Below are positions 1 to 11,600 of a DNA stretch of 64,000 nt, one piece after another. A program made the translations under genes and the position numbers. Every line of letters begins with the position of its first letter. Position 1 is the stretch's first letter. The stretch comes from Bilabrum cf. latius (Eukaryota), in the NCBI GenBank assembly GCA_965178125.1, contig OZ237765.1:124001-188000 (forward strand), given 5' to 3'. Under the pieces are notes generated by a model. It had not been told where the DNA came from. It saw only the letters and a program-made list of their open reading frames with translations, and did no database searches.

Positions 1-2668
1 TATCTGCTTCAGCTGCCTCGCCGCTGGCATCAAGAGGGACGCGGAGCTCGCCATCATCCCCCTATTCGTCGTGGCCATCGTCGCGCATGGACACTTGCTC
101 GTCAGTACCCCCGCATGCACTGGTGTGCCTGGGGTCCTCATCCCGCGCATGCCCTGGCTCATCCATCTGGTCCTTCTTGTTATTGTCCTCGTCCTGCCGG
201 ATATTGGAAGCTGCAGCTTCCTTATCTTGCTCTTCATTGGTCCCAAATGCGTCACCAGCTGCCTACAGCACCTCATTGCGCATGGCCTGCCCCTCGACTC
301 CGCCTTCGATAGAGCCTTTGTGCGCCATTCGGCTCGTCTCATCACGGCCTCTGACCTCCTGCTTCTTCCCACCGTCCTCGTCCCCGTCCTCGTCGTTGTC
401 CATCGGTGCCTGTCCCGAACTGGCGCTCTCATTGGTACCACTGCCACCGGCCTCTTTCTTGACTGAGGTCGAGCTGCTAGCCCCAGCCCGAGCTCCAGCA
501 CCAGCACCAGCTCCAGCTCCAGCATCACCTGTCGAGTTGAGCCTGCACCTGAACTCAGCCTCTGGCCTCACCACCCGCTCCAGCCACGCCTCATGCGAAT
601 CCAGCCAATTGACATGCCCCCCCTCAGCCCCCCCCTGAGTCCCCCCCTGAGTCCCCCCCTCAGGCCCCCCCGTCAGCACCGCCGTCTCCCCTCGCCTCAC
701 CCTCCCGATCATCCCTGCCACGCTCCTGCTTACCCCGCCCGCATCCTGTTGTTCCCCGGTTGCAACCATCTCCCATAGCATAGCCACGTAACCCCCAGAC
801 CCTTGTTCCCTGACTAGCCACTCCACGGTGCTGCTCGCATCCAGGAGCACCTGGCGAGAGGCATCGCTAGGGCTGGCAACGCGGTTCGCCGCCCCGCAGA
901 GCAGCAGCTGCTGCGGACGGCCCGCCTGCGGAACCGACCGGATGGCGAGCGCGGCGCCGGGCAGTGCCCCGATCATGGGGGCCCACTTGCCCTTGCCCAG
1001 CTTCCTGGGTATCTCCGAGAGCGGCTTGGCGAGCGCCACGCTCAGTGCCCGCCTGGGGGGCACACCATGCTTGAGGGCCAGGGTGCGGGCGCGGGCGGAC
1101 GCAGGCAGCACGAAGATGACGGCGCGGTCTGGTTTGCAGGGGGGCAGCGGCCTGAGCGGCTGGGGGGGTTGCTGGTGTGACGAGTGCTCGGTCCCTTGTC
1201 GCATGCCGGCGCTCGGCCGCTTGAGGGGCGAGCCGAGCGCGGCGGCGGCTGCCTCCACAGCGGCCTCAGCGGGATCCGTTTCTCTGCCTGCTCCGCCTGC
1301 TCCGCCTGCTCCGCCACCGTCCATGATACCACCAGCGTCTTTGGCGCTGTCTTTCTGTGCACCCATGCTCTTCTCGCTGTCGGGCGAAGGACCGGATGGT
1401 GAACCGCCCGTTGCTGCTTTCTGCAGGGCGGGCCTCGTCTTGGCGCCCTGATGCACCTGGGCCTGCACCTGGGCTTGAGCCTGGGCCTGGGCCTGGGATG
1501 CAGACTCGGCTGGGCGAGCTGCAGCACCATGCAGTGCACTCGCGGTGGGAGAGTCGGCGGGAGGAGGAGTGAGTCCCGAGAAGGAGCCCATGCCTGCTCC
1601 AGTACCGCGCGACCCCTCGGTCTCGGTCCCAATGCGCAGCCCCTGCCGCTTCTCGTGTCGCTCTCCTACGGCCGGCACTGCGGCCCGCTCCTGCACCGCA
1701 ATGCGATGCATCGTCTCACGGCCCGGCAGGCTGTCCTCCATCGCAAGGGCACTGTCGTGCATTGCAGACTGATGCGGCCCCGATGCCCCCACGTTGGGGG
1801 GAAACCCCAGCAGGGAATCCCCCGGGATCAGCCCCCCCTGCCCACGAATGAAAGCCATGAGGCTGTCTTCGCCGGCCCCTGAGAGCGAGCCCAGACTGGC
1901 TCCATTGGTATTCGTCACACCCGGCCCCATCTCGTCCTTGTCCTGGTCCCAGGGCCGGCTGGTCCCACCCGCCAGAGAGTGGGGCAGACCCGGGGCACCG
2001 TACAGGCTGTTTCCTCCAAGCTCCAGGTCGTTTGCGGCAGGTGGCCACGGCGTGTGACTTGGATCAAAATCTCCTCGATAAAGTGCCATTGGCTAAGCCG
2101 CCGCAGAGGAAGATGAGGACAAGGACGTGGTGCTGCGTCCGATTTGGCTCGGGCCTGACTGGCGCTCGTGCTAGCGCGGCGGCAGTCGAGGAGGCGATAG
2201 CATTGTGCCTTGCTCGTCAGGATTCGGCAGATGCGCACCGGCTCGGGCGAGTGCTGCCTTCTGGTGCCTCTGCTGCAGCTTGATGGACCGGCTGGATTGT
2301 TTCTTGCCGGCTTGCTTCGCGGTGCTGCTGCTCGACCGTCGCGACGATGGTTTGGTTCCGCTGCGCTTTGAGTTTGCCTTTGAAAATGTCCTAGCCTTAC
2401 CATCAGAGCGGGGGATATTCCTTGAAGTCTTTGAGGATCCAGGCTTGGTGGATTTACTGGTCACTGCGAACATTGGCTGTCGCGGCGGCTCTGCGCCAGT
2501 CTCAGCCATAGGCAGGGAATCAAGCCCCGGTCCTTGAGATCCAGCACTACCACCCGAAGGCACAACGCGTTTCGAAGCAGGAGTCTTGATCAGAGCCTGC
2601 TACGGCTTACTGAGCGCTGCAAGTGCAGCTGCACGGGCTCCTTCGTACAGATTTTCTGCAACTTCCAT
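1..2668 (-). CDS. Low-complexity hypothetical protein, 3' end beyond the window; weak resemblance to the Cramped/TKI1 domain; needs TAG=Gln
   Basis: ATG at 2668, then one frame open to the window edge with only TAG interruptions (2600, 2171, 2093, 263, 62). It joins track ORFs 2171..2563 and 263..2089. The segment AVIFVLP..ARTLALKHGVPPRRALSV...KPLSEIPRKLGKGKW recalls CRAMP1/TKI1 (by eye only). Confidence 0.65.
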
Positions 2669-3339
2669 TCAAAAACCAACTAATCAAATCGGAGCACAGT
2701 AAATTCAAAATGTACGTGTGCAATATTGCAATATTTTTTCTCTTCAGTCCTAGGTATGTCGAGTCCTGGAGATAGATGAGCTTGGCTGCACCTCATTTGA
2801 AATTTGGCGCCGCGCTAAACGGAACCATTTGTGCGCGGTGCCGATCGGCTGGCGACCGATGGACGAGTCGACGATCGCAGACCTTATCTGGCCTGAATCT
2901 ATCGTCGGGGCGATCATTCGTACCATTTGTTGCTCCGCAATATGATTCGATGGCATCGAAAATCATCGCTGCCCGATGGGCCGCTGATCGTTGGTGCCCA
3001 TCGCCCGCCGATAGTCGGCCCCCGCATCGCGGCGCGATGGGCGCCGGAGCCCGCCGGCACCGCTCGTGGGGCGATGACTCGCCGATGAGACCGAAATCTA
3101 GAATCCCGGCTTTGGGCCTTGCTGCCTACTGCGAATGATTCAGATTTGATGCTAATGGTATAATGCGTAATGATTGTGCCTCTTGGTGGCCATGCCTTGG
3201 CCTAACACTGTACAAGCCTGCCCAAAAGTGCGATTCAGTTCCTGGGTTGCGACCACCCAGTACTCGCGATCCGATCCGATCTTCCGGCCACATGACTATG
3301 GCACTGCACCTTCTGTGAACCTCAGCGGTAGTACAATAA

Positions 3340-3422
3340 TGTTGGTACTGGTGCAGGTGCTGGTGCTGGTGCTGGTGCTGGCGCTGGTGCTGGTGCTAGT
3401 ACTGGTGCTGGTGCTGGTGGTG
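3340..3422. repeat. (GTGCTG)n hexanucleotide microsatellite, present only in duplication unit A
   Basis: Direct reading; the equivalent position in unit B (about 6090-6105) lacks the expansion. Confidence 0.8.
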
Positions 3423-3998
3423 TGGCTGGCTGGCTGGCTGGCCACCCATCTATCTCCTCCCTTGCTGTGCTCGTCATCGTATGTGGTTGTAGCCTGTGTA
3501 TGCGCACGCAACTGAGCTAATACCAGACGGCCGCCAGGCGTGGCAACTCGCTCAAGCCGACCCGGATACCGGCGCCAAAAGTTGAAGGACTTTCGGTAGG
3601 TTTGTTGTGAGGGATTATTTCAATACGTCATTTACGGACCGCGTGTAGCATTCCACTGACGGCCATCGAGGCAGACGTGGCAGGTGCGAGCTGCGAAGTG
3701 CGCTAGCCGGCGACCCCTCCGACTCACCCGGTGGGCCAGCTCAAACCAAACTACTGAGGGTACTACTAGGTGGATGTGCTTTATCCACCGCCACCAAGTG
3801 CAATATTCATGGAATTCATTTTTGACCGTTCGGCACCAGGCCCCAACAATTTTTGGGGGCACAGGATCTGTGACCCCCCTCCCCCTTCCCCTCCCCCACT
3901 GAGGGGTCTGTCTGCTCGTGAGAGCTTGTCTCCACCCGACTCGCACAAACCTCTGGAAGAGGTACACCGCCGGTCGTATCAACCTCAAATTTGCAGAA

Positions 3999-5681
3999 AT
4001 GCAATCAATCGTTTCTATTTTAGTTGCTCTTGTCGCCTGTTCGGCGGTCAGTGTGCACGGGCGACGAGCAGAAGGCCAGCTGCACCTTCGCAGCGCTGGC
4101 TCTATGTCGTCGGTCTCGGTCCACGCCAGCAGCAGCCACCATACGCGCGAGAGATGGTGGGCAAACCCGAACTTTGACAATGTTGATACATTGTCCTGCG
4201 ACGTGAGCGCCTTGGCCGAGAGGAAGCCGGCAGAGGGCGACAGGCTGCAGAGGGGCGAGATTCTGCACTCCGCCAGCGGCATGCACGAGAATGCCCTGGT
4301 CAAGGATAAGACGAAAGTGTGGCTCCGGAAGGACTGCAGACTGGTCGTTTATGGCAAGTATGGGTATTCCCTTGTGGATTTGTTCGTCTCCAACCCCAAC
4401 CCCGAGAAGCAGGCCGACCACTGCGCGCTGGTCTTGACGGATGCATCGTGCAGCACGCAGGGAGACCTGGCCATCATCGACACAGATACGGGCAAGTACC
4501 TCTGGCGGGTGAAATCATCTCTCTTCACACCCGAGGTCGACGTGTTTCAGGCCGTGGGGACCAGCAAAGCCACTCTCTTTCAGGAAGGCGGGCATAAGCT
4601 GTGGAGCACCTATCAAAACAGGAATTATCCGGGCAGTAAGGGGTTCTTCTACTTTGATCTGGAGGTGCGGGAGGACGTGCACAGTCTGCACTGCGATGCA
4701 GGGGCCCTGCAATCGTCATACAAACAAGCGTCCGACAACTACGTGCTATTGCCCCGGAGGATTCTGCGAGCCGGGACCTCATTGACGACGTACACGGGCT
4801 TCGAGCTGCGCATGCAGGATGACTGCAACCTGGTGGTGTACCGAGGGGGCCAGGCGATATTTGCAACCCGCACGATGGGCAAGGGTACCGAGGGGAAGTG
4901 TGCACTCGTCGTCACGGCGGAGGGGTGCGACACCCAAGGCGACATGGCCATCGTGGACAGCGCCTCCGGGCAGTACGTATGGCGGGTGCCTGCCTCTCTG
5001 ATGGATCCGGGTGCAGACACCCTTTTTCTGCAGGATGATGGGGATGTCGTCCTGTAGCTGCCGGGAGGTCCTATCGTGTGGCGGGCGGGGTCTTCGAACC
5101 TGGATAGTCCTCACGACGACAGCACCTTCGGCAATGGTCGCAAGATGAAGGCCCTGCATGCAGCTATCGAAGGGGCGGCTCCTCCTCGCTGCGACCCCCA
5201 GGCGCTTGCGAAGCGACCTGCCGCCAAGGGGGACTCTCTGTGGGAAAATGAGGTGCTGGCCATGGGGCAGTCGCTCCGGCCGCCAGATGCCGGCAAAAAG
5301 GAGGCTGTGACAGTCAAGGACGACTGCGTCCTGGAGGTGCTCAACAATGACGGAAACTTCGCTTGGAGGACGCATACCCAGGGCAAGGCCAAGAAGTGCG
5401 CACTCGTCATCACGGGAGAGGAGTGCGACCGCGCGGGAGATCTTGCTCTCGTGGACATGGACAGCGGGGCGTACCTGTGGCACACCGACACGTCCTACGT
5501 ACGGCCCACGGCCAGGGTGATGTAGCTGTGGGGCGACGACTTGATCCTGTTCCAGGATGGTACGTTCTATCGTATGTGGAAGTCGCGTCCTCGTTTCGAC
5601 GGCCCGCCGTACGATAGGCATGAGGTGCCTAAGAAATTCAGAGGTGCGTTCGAATATATGCACCAGTCCCAGGATGCGTGA
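3999..5681 (+). CDS. Secreted bulb-type (GNA/B-type) lectin-repeat protein, copy 1 (about 560 aa with TAG=Gln)
   Basis: Signal peptide MQSIVSILVALVACSAVS. Three repeated modules, including the QxDxNxVxY mannose-binding motif (MQDDCNLVVY) and FLQDDGDVVL. In-frame TAG at 5055 and 5523; ends at TGA 5679-5681. Confidence 0.8.
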
Positions 5682-6735
5682 GGGGGGTCTTCGTTCGGCG
5701 GTCGTGAAAGCACAGGCGGGGTGCAATTCCCAAGAAGCCAATCCGGCATCATGACAAAACCCGTTCTCGGCTTTTTCGGCAGATGTACTCGTATTGCTTC
5801 CGCACGGATCGGCACGAATTGAAATAATTGCAAGAATCATCGCTATCAATCTGAAGCGCACGCGCTACTAGAAACACATCAATCGATCTGCTGAGCATCG
5901 CTGCCCGATGGGCCGCTGATCGTCGGTGCCCATCGCCCGCCGATAGTTGGCCCCTACATCGCGGCGCGATGACTCGCCGATGAGCGCCGGAGCCCGCCGG
6001 CGCCGCTAGTGCCACCACTGACGATCCGATCCGATCCTCCAGCCACATGACCGTGACATTACACCTTCCAAAGCTCAGCGGTAGTACGATGATGCTAGTT
6101 GTGGTGTGGCTGGCCCCCCATCTGCCTCGTCCTCCTCCTCTGCTGTGCTCGTCCTCGTGGTGTGGCTGACCCACCTGTGTCTCGTCCTCGTCCTCTGCTG
6201 TGCTCGTCCTCGTGGTGTGGTTGTAGCCTGTGTATGCGCACGCAACTGAGCCGATACCAGACGGCCGTCATCAGGCGTGCCAACTCGCTCAAGCCGACCC
6301 GGATACCGGCGCCAAAAGTTGAAGGACTTTCGATAGGTTTGTTGTGAGGGATTATCTCAATACGTCATTTACGGACCGCGTGTAGCATTCCACTGACGGC
6401 CATCGAGGCAGACGTGGCAGGTGCGAGCTGCGAAGTGCGCTAGCCGGCGACCCCTCCGACTCACCCGGTGGGCCAGCTCAAACCAAACTACTGAGGGTAC
6501 TACTAGGTGGATGTGCTTTATCCACCGCCACCAAGTGCAATATTCATGGAATTCATTTTTGACCGTTCGGCACCAGGCCCCAACAATTTTTGGGGGCACA
6601 GGATCTGTGACCCCCCTCCCCCTTCCCCTCCCCCACTGAGGGGTCTGTCTGCTCGTGAGAGCTTGTCTCCACCCGACTCGCACAAACCTCTGGAAGAGGT
6701 ACACCGCCGGTCGTATCAACCTCAAATTTGCAGAA

Positions 6736-8421
6736 ATGCAATCAATCGTTTCTATTTTAGTTGCTCTTGTCGCCTGTTCGGCGGTCAGTGTGCACGGGCG
6801 ACGAGCAGAAGGCCAGCTGCACCTTCGCAGCGCTGGCTCTATGTCGTCGGTCTCGGTCCACGCCAGCAGCAGCCACCGTGAGCGCGAGAAGTGGAAGGCA
6901 AACCCGAACTTTGACAATGTTGATACATTGTCCTGCGACGTGAGCGCCTTGGCCGAGAGGAAGCCGGCAGAGGGCGACAGGCTGCAGAGGGGCGAGATTC
7001 TGCACTCCGCCAGCGGCATGCACGAGAATGCCCTGGTCAAGGATAAGACGAAAGTGTGGCTCCGGAAGGACTGTAGACTGGTCGTTCTTCAAACGTCTAG
7101 CTTTGGCAAGAAGGAGGATTTGTTCCTCTCCAACCGCAACCCCTCGATGCATGCCGAAAGCTGCGCGCTAATCTTGACGGATGCATCGTGCAGCACGCAA
7201 GGAGACCTGGCCATCATCGACACAGATACGGGCAAGTACCTCTGGCGGGTGCAATCCTCTGTCTTCACACCCGAGGTCGACGTGTTTGTGATCAAGTATG
7301 AAGGCAATGCCATTCTCTTTCAGAGAGACGGGCATCAGCTGTGGAGCACCTTACAAAAGAAGAACTTTCCGGGCAGTACGGGGTTCTTCCACTACGATCT
7401 GGAGGTGCAGGAGGACGTGCACAGTCTGCACTGCGATGCAGGGGCCCTGCAATCGTCATACAAGCAAGTGACCGACGGCGACGTGCTGTCTGCAGGGCAG
7501 GTGCTGAGAGCCGGGGCCGCCTTGAGGGCGGGCGAGTAGGAGGGGGTCGAGCTGCGCATGCAGGATGACTGCAACCTGATGGTACACCGGGGGGGCAAGG
7601 CGATATTCGCGACCCGCATGAATAACAAGGGTACCGAGGGGAAGTGTGCACTCGTCGTCACGGCGGAGGGGTGCGACACCCAAGGCGACCTGGCCATCGT
7701 GGACAGTGCCTCCGGGCAGTACATCTGGCGGGTGCCTGCCTCACTGACGGACCCGAGTGCAGACACCCTTCGTCTTCAGGGGGGCGGGAATGCCGTCCTG
7801 TAGCAGCCGGGAGGTGCTATCGTGTGGCGGACAGGGGTTTTTGACCCGATCAGACTCGACGGAACCTTCGGCAATGGTATCAAGAAGAAAGCGCTGCATG
7901 TAGCTATTGAAGGGGCGGCTCCTCATCGCTGCGACCCCCAGGCGCTCGCTAAGCGACCTGCCGCCAAGGGGGACTCTCTGTGGGAAAATGAGGTGCTGGC
8001 CATGGGGCAGTCGCTCCGGCTGCCAGAGGCCGAGGACAAGAGGGCTGTGATACTAACGGACGACTGCGTCCTGGAGGTGCTGAACATTGATGGATAGTTC
8101 GACTGGAGGACGCATACCCAGGGCAAGGCCAAGAAGTGCGCACTCGTCATCACGGGGGAGGAGTGCGACCGCGTGGGAGATTTCGCTCTCGTGGATATGG
8201 ACAGCGGGGCGTACCTGTGGCACATCGACACGTCCTACGTGCGGCCCACGGCCAAGGTGATGTAGCTGCGGGGCGACGACATGATCCTGTTCTAGCAGGC
8301 TACGCTCATATGTATGTGGAAGTCGCGTCCTAGGTATAAACATCCGCCGTTCGATCTGGACCGCAAGCCCCCAAGGTTCTATGAAGCTCTCGAATACGCG
8401 CGCGATTTTCATGAATATTAA
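6736..8421 (+). CDS. Secreted bulb-type lectin-repeat protein, copy 2 (about 561 aa with TAG=Gln)
   Basis: Colinear paralog of 3999-5681. In-frame TAG at 7537, 7801, 8095, 8263 and 8293; ends at TAA 8419-8421. Its length matches copy 1 only if TAG is read through. Confidence 0.8.
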
Positions 8422-8667
8422 GTGGGGCCTTTTTGTTCGGCGGTCGTGTAAGGTTACAAGCACAGGTGGGGTGCAATTCCCAAGATGCCAATCCGGCATG
8501 ACGGAACCCGCTCTCGGCTTTCTCGGCAGATGCATTCGTAATGCTTCCGCACGGATCTTTGAAATGATTGTAAGAGTCATCGCTATCAATCTGAAACACA
8601 CGAACTACTAGAAACACACGGAATCAGTCGGGCCTGATCCCAAGTCTTACCGTGTCGATTCCATCAA

Positions 8668-11600
8668 TCAACGGCGCATTATCTCGTACATGAACACGCA
8701 GATCGACCCCCCCGCCAGCAGCACAGCCACCCCGATGGACAGCCCGGACTCGTCCAGCCTCTCCTCCCAGTATAGAGACGGGTTCGTCCCACGCACAAGC
8801 AGGTCACTCCTGCTGCCTTTTTGGGGCGCTGGACCCACGCAGTACTCATGTCCGCACCCACCCACGATGCACACCAGAGCCCAGCCAACGCAGGCAAATA
8901 CGGCCATATCTTCCCACAGACGGTGCCACACCGATGTGCGATTGACAAACTGACGCAAGACAGAACTTGGCGGAGGAGGTGGCGGCAGGTCAAATGGAGG
9001 CGGTTGCTATTTACCATCATACTCCCTTGAGTCCATGTGGATCTCTTCCGTCGTATTCTCGAAATATCTTGATGCAAACCTGGGATCTGTGGCCTCCGAG
9101 ACACCCGACCACATGAGCAGCTGAGCGTCCCATTGGAGGATCTAGAGCGCGCGGAGTACAACTGCAGCGGCAGGGTGCGAGCCGATTGATTTCGCAACTG
9201 CCCGCGAGTGCAGCATGACTAGCTTGAACGATGTGCCTGCATCGGCGCGTGGCCCTGCTGCAGTCTTAACAGCATGTGAGAAACTAGCACTGGCATCCAG
9301 CCCACCGCCTGAAAGGATGCTTGCCCCTGGAGCCTGCATGGGCTGCTCGCGATTCGGGCCCAGGATCCCCCGATTGTGATTCCCCCCCTACCGTCCATCC
9401 AGCCACTCTTCGCTCTCAGATGTGCAGATTTTGTTGGCCTGCGACCTGTCTCCATTCAGAGAGGCAGTCACAGCATGGAGCTGCCCTCCATCGCTGGACC
9501 CCCGATGAGTACCCCGCTGAGATCGGTGGGCTGCACCCGCATCATTATCGAGGTAGCTGTACCCAAACAACTCTCTATCATCAACCGAGCCCAGCGCATG
9601 AAATTCAGAGCCGGCTTCGTTCGGTCTCGGGGTGACGTTTGTCACGTGGTCGGTGGACGCCAGCCGCGCGTTGTGACCACCGCTGGATGGGAGTCTTGGT
9701 GTGGCAGGTCCGCCACTGCGGCTACCCCCGCTTTCCAGGCTCCGACCCACCTTGCTTCTCATGCTGCTTCCACTGCTCTTGTAGGGCCCGTGGTCGAGTG
9801 TTCGAGCTGCAGGATGCAAAATCTCGCTCGTCACATCGTCTGCCCTTTGGAGTCGCAGCTTGGATCCGACTCCCGTGATAGTACTGACTCCATCCACATC
9901 GATAGCGCCAACACCTGCCCACTTAATTCTCCTGTTCCTTGTCTTGCCGTGCACAGTTCCGGCCCTGCTTGCTATCGCAAGGCCCAACACGTCCCCGTAC
10001 GCGGGATTGATCTGGCAGCAGGTGATGAGACAAGGCCGGCAGCAAGGGCAGGCAGCACAGCGACACTGGCAGAGCGCTCCCTGTCCGCGATCCACCCCGA
10101 CCCGATCTGGGCCAAGCCCAAGGAGAAGGAGTATCCTGTGGAGCAAGGCCAGGCCAAGGGCAAGGAACAGCGCGAGGGCAGGAAGCCTCATCCTGCCAGA
10201 GGAGAGGGCAGCTCCCAGAAGCCAGTACGTGCTAACGCGGTACAGCGCCAGCACAGCCAGTGTGCCATCTATCGGCGGGCTTGACAACAGCTGGGAGAGC
10301 CTGTCACAGCCACAAGATGTGCAACATAGCCATTGATCGCTGCATTGGCCCCGCACCACGTGCTCTCTGGGATCCCCGTCGTTCTCGTCCATTCGATTCT
10401 GCCCGACATGCCGGGTGCCGCTTGTGTTGACTTCGTTCGAGAACTCGTCGTCGTCCTAGTCGGGCACCTCCCAGCGCTTCTTGTCTTCCCAGTGGTCTAA
10501 AGCTGCAGTCTCATTGGGATTCCCGCCGACATTTGCCATGCCGTTGGCAGGGGCCAACGCTGGGTTGCCTGGGTAATGCCCTGGCGGAGATGCAGCTGCA
10601 GCGGCTGCGGGCCTGGGTACCCCCTTGCCCTTGGTCGCGGTGGCCAATGCAGTCTACAGTGGGGTGGCCGATGTGGCGTTTGGTGGAGCATCCACACTTG
10701 CCCCTGTTTGCTAACCGTGGACAGCGCCAGCGGGTGTGACCCACGCAGTCCGGTCGCGACCATAATCCTCAACAGCGCCGCTTGGCGCCTCTACCACGGA
10801 CGGGGCAACTGCCCAGCCAGCCGGACCGCTGTTGGGACCTACCGCTCCTTCGACTGCCTCTGACTCTGAAGATTTTCCTGCTGCTGTCTCCGTCCCAGCT
10901 GCAGCTGAAGCGATCGCCTGCTGCCATTGCCTGTGTGCTTGGAGAGCGGCCACCTGGCCAGTTGCTGACCTGCGCCCAGAGGCTCTAGCAGATCGATCCA
11001 GTACCACGCTTGCGTTGGTCGTGCTGGTGTCCCACCTCTCGTCCTCGCTGCTGCTTCTCCCGTGCATCAGGTTCGATCGGGCCCAGCCGCCCTCACGGCC
11101 CCGAATCGCTGCGGGCCCTGATTCCGATACGACAGTCGCTTCCATATCATCCGCATCGGTGGCTGGCCCGCGTTGCAGCGGGAGCACTGCACCTGCGGCG
11201 CTATCAATTTGGTGTGACGAGTGCTAGGAGTGGCGCTCAGTGCTGAGTACCGGCATGGAGCCATCGAGCAGAAGCAGGCCACCAGTGGATTCGTCGATGG
11301 ACGGCACGACGATCACGTCACCCCCACAGCGCTGGTGGCTCCTGTCGCTGGTGTCGTTCTCCACGTGACTGGGTGCATTAGAGCCGGTGCAGCTGCCACT
11401 GCCACTGGCGAGCTCTTCACTTGGTCCCTTTGCTTCGTTCGCTGCAGTTCGCGCGGCGCTCTGGGAATCGGATTCTACCGGCGCGAGTCTGGCCAGCTCC
11501 AATCGAGGCACTACGGGACCCTAACTGTGGGTGCTGCTGCTGCTGCTGCTAGTGCCTGGACCACGGACAGCAACACCTATACCCCTAGCTATTGCGATGC

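Larger units (their letters stand above)
2964..8618. repeat. Tandem segmental duplication: unit A about 2964-5878, unit B about 5896-8618, each carrying one lectin gene
   Basis: Both units start catcgctgcccgatgggccgctgatcg and end ctactagaaacac. Upstream and 5' coding regions are near-identical at an offset of 2737 bp (ORFs 3632/6369, 3918/6655). Confidence 0.92.

Noticed and set aside
2838-3090. CGAT-rich imperfect palindromes at the start of each duplication unit as a MITE
   Set aside because: There are no clear terminal inverted repeats or target-site duplication, and the second copy is explained by the segmental duplication.
9376-10284. Long antisense or alternative-frame ORFs (e.g. 9376..10284, 13303..14286, 31490..32608, 45647..46897, 48068..49195)
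   Set aside because: They are shadows of real genes in GC-rich sequence and have no family motifs.
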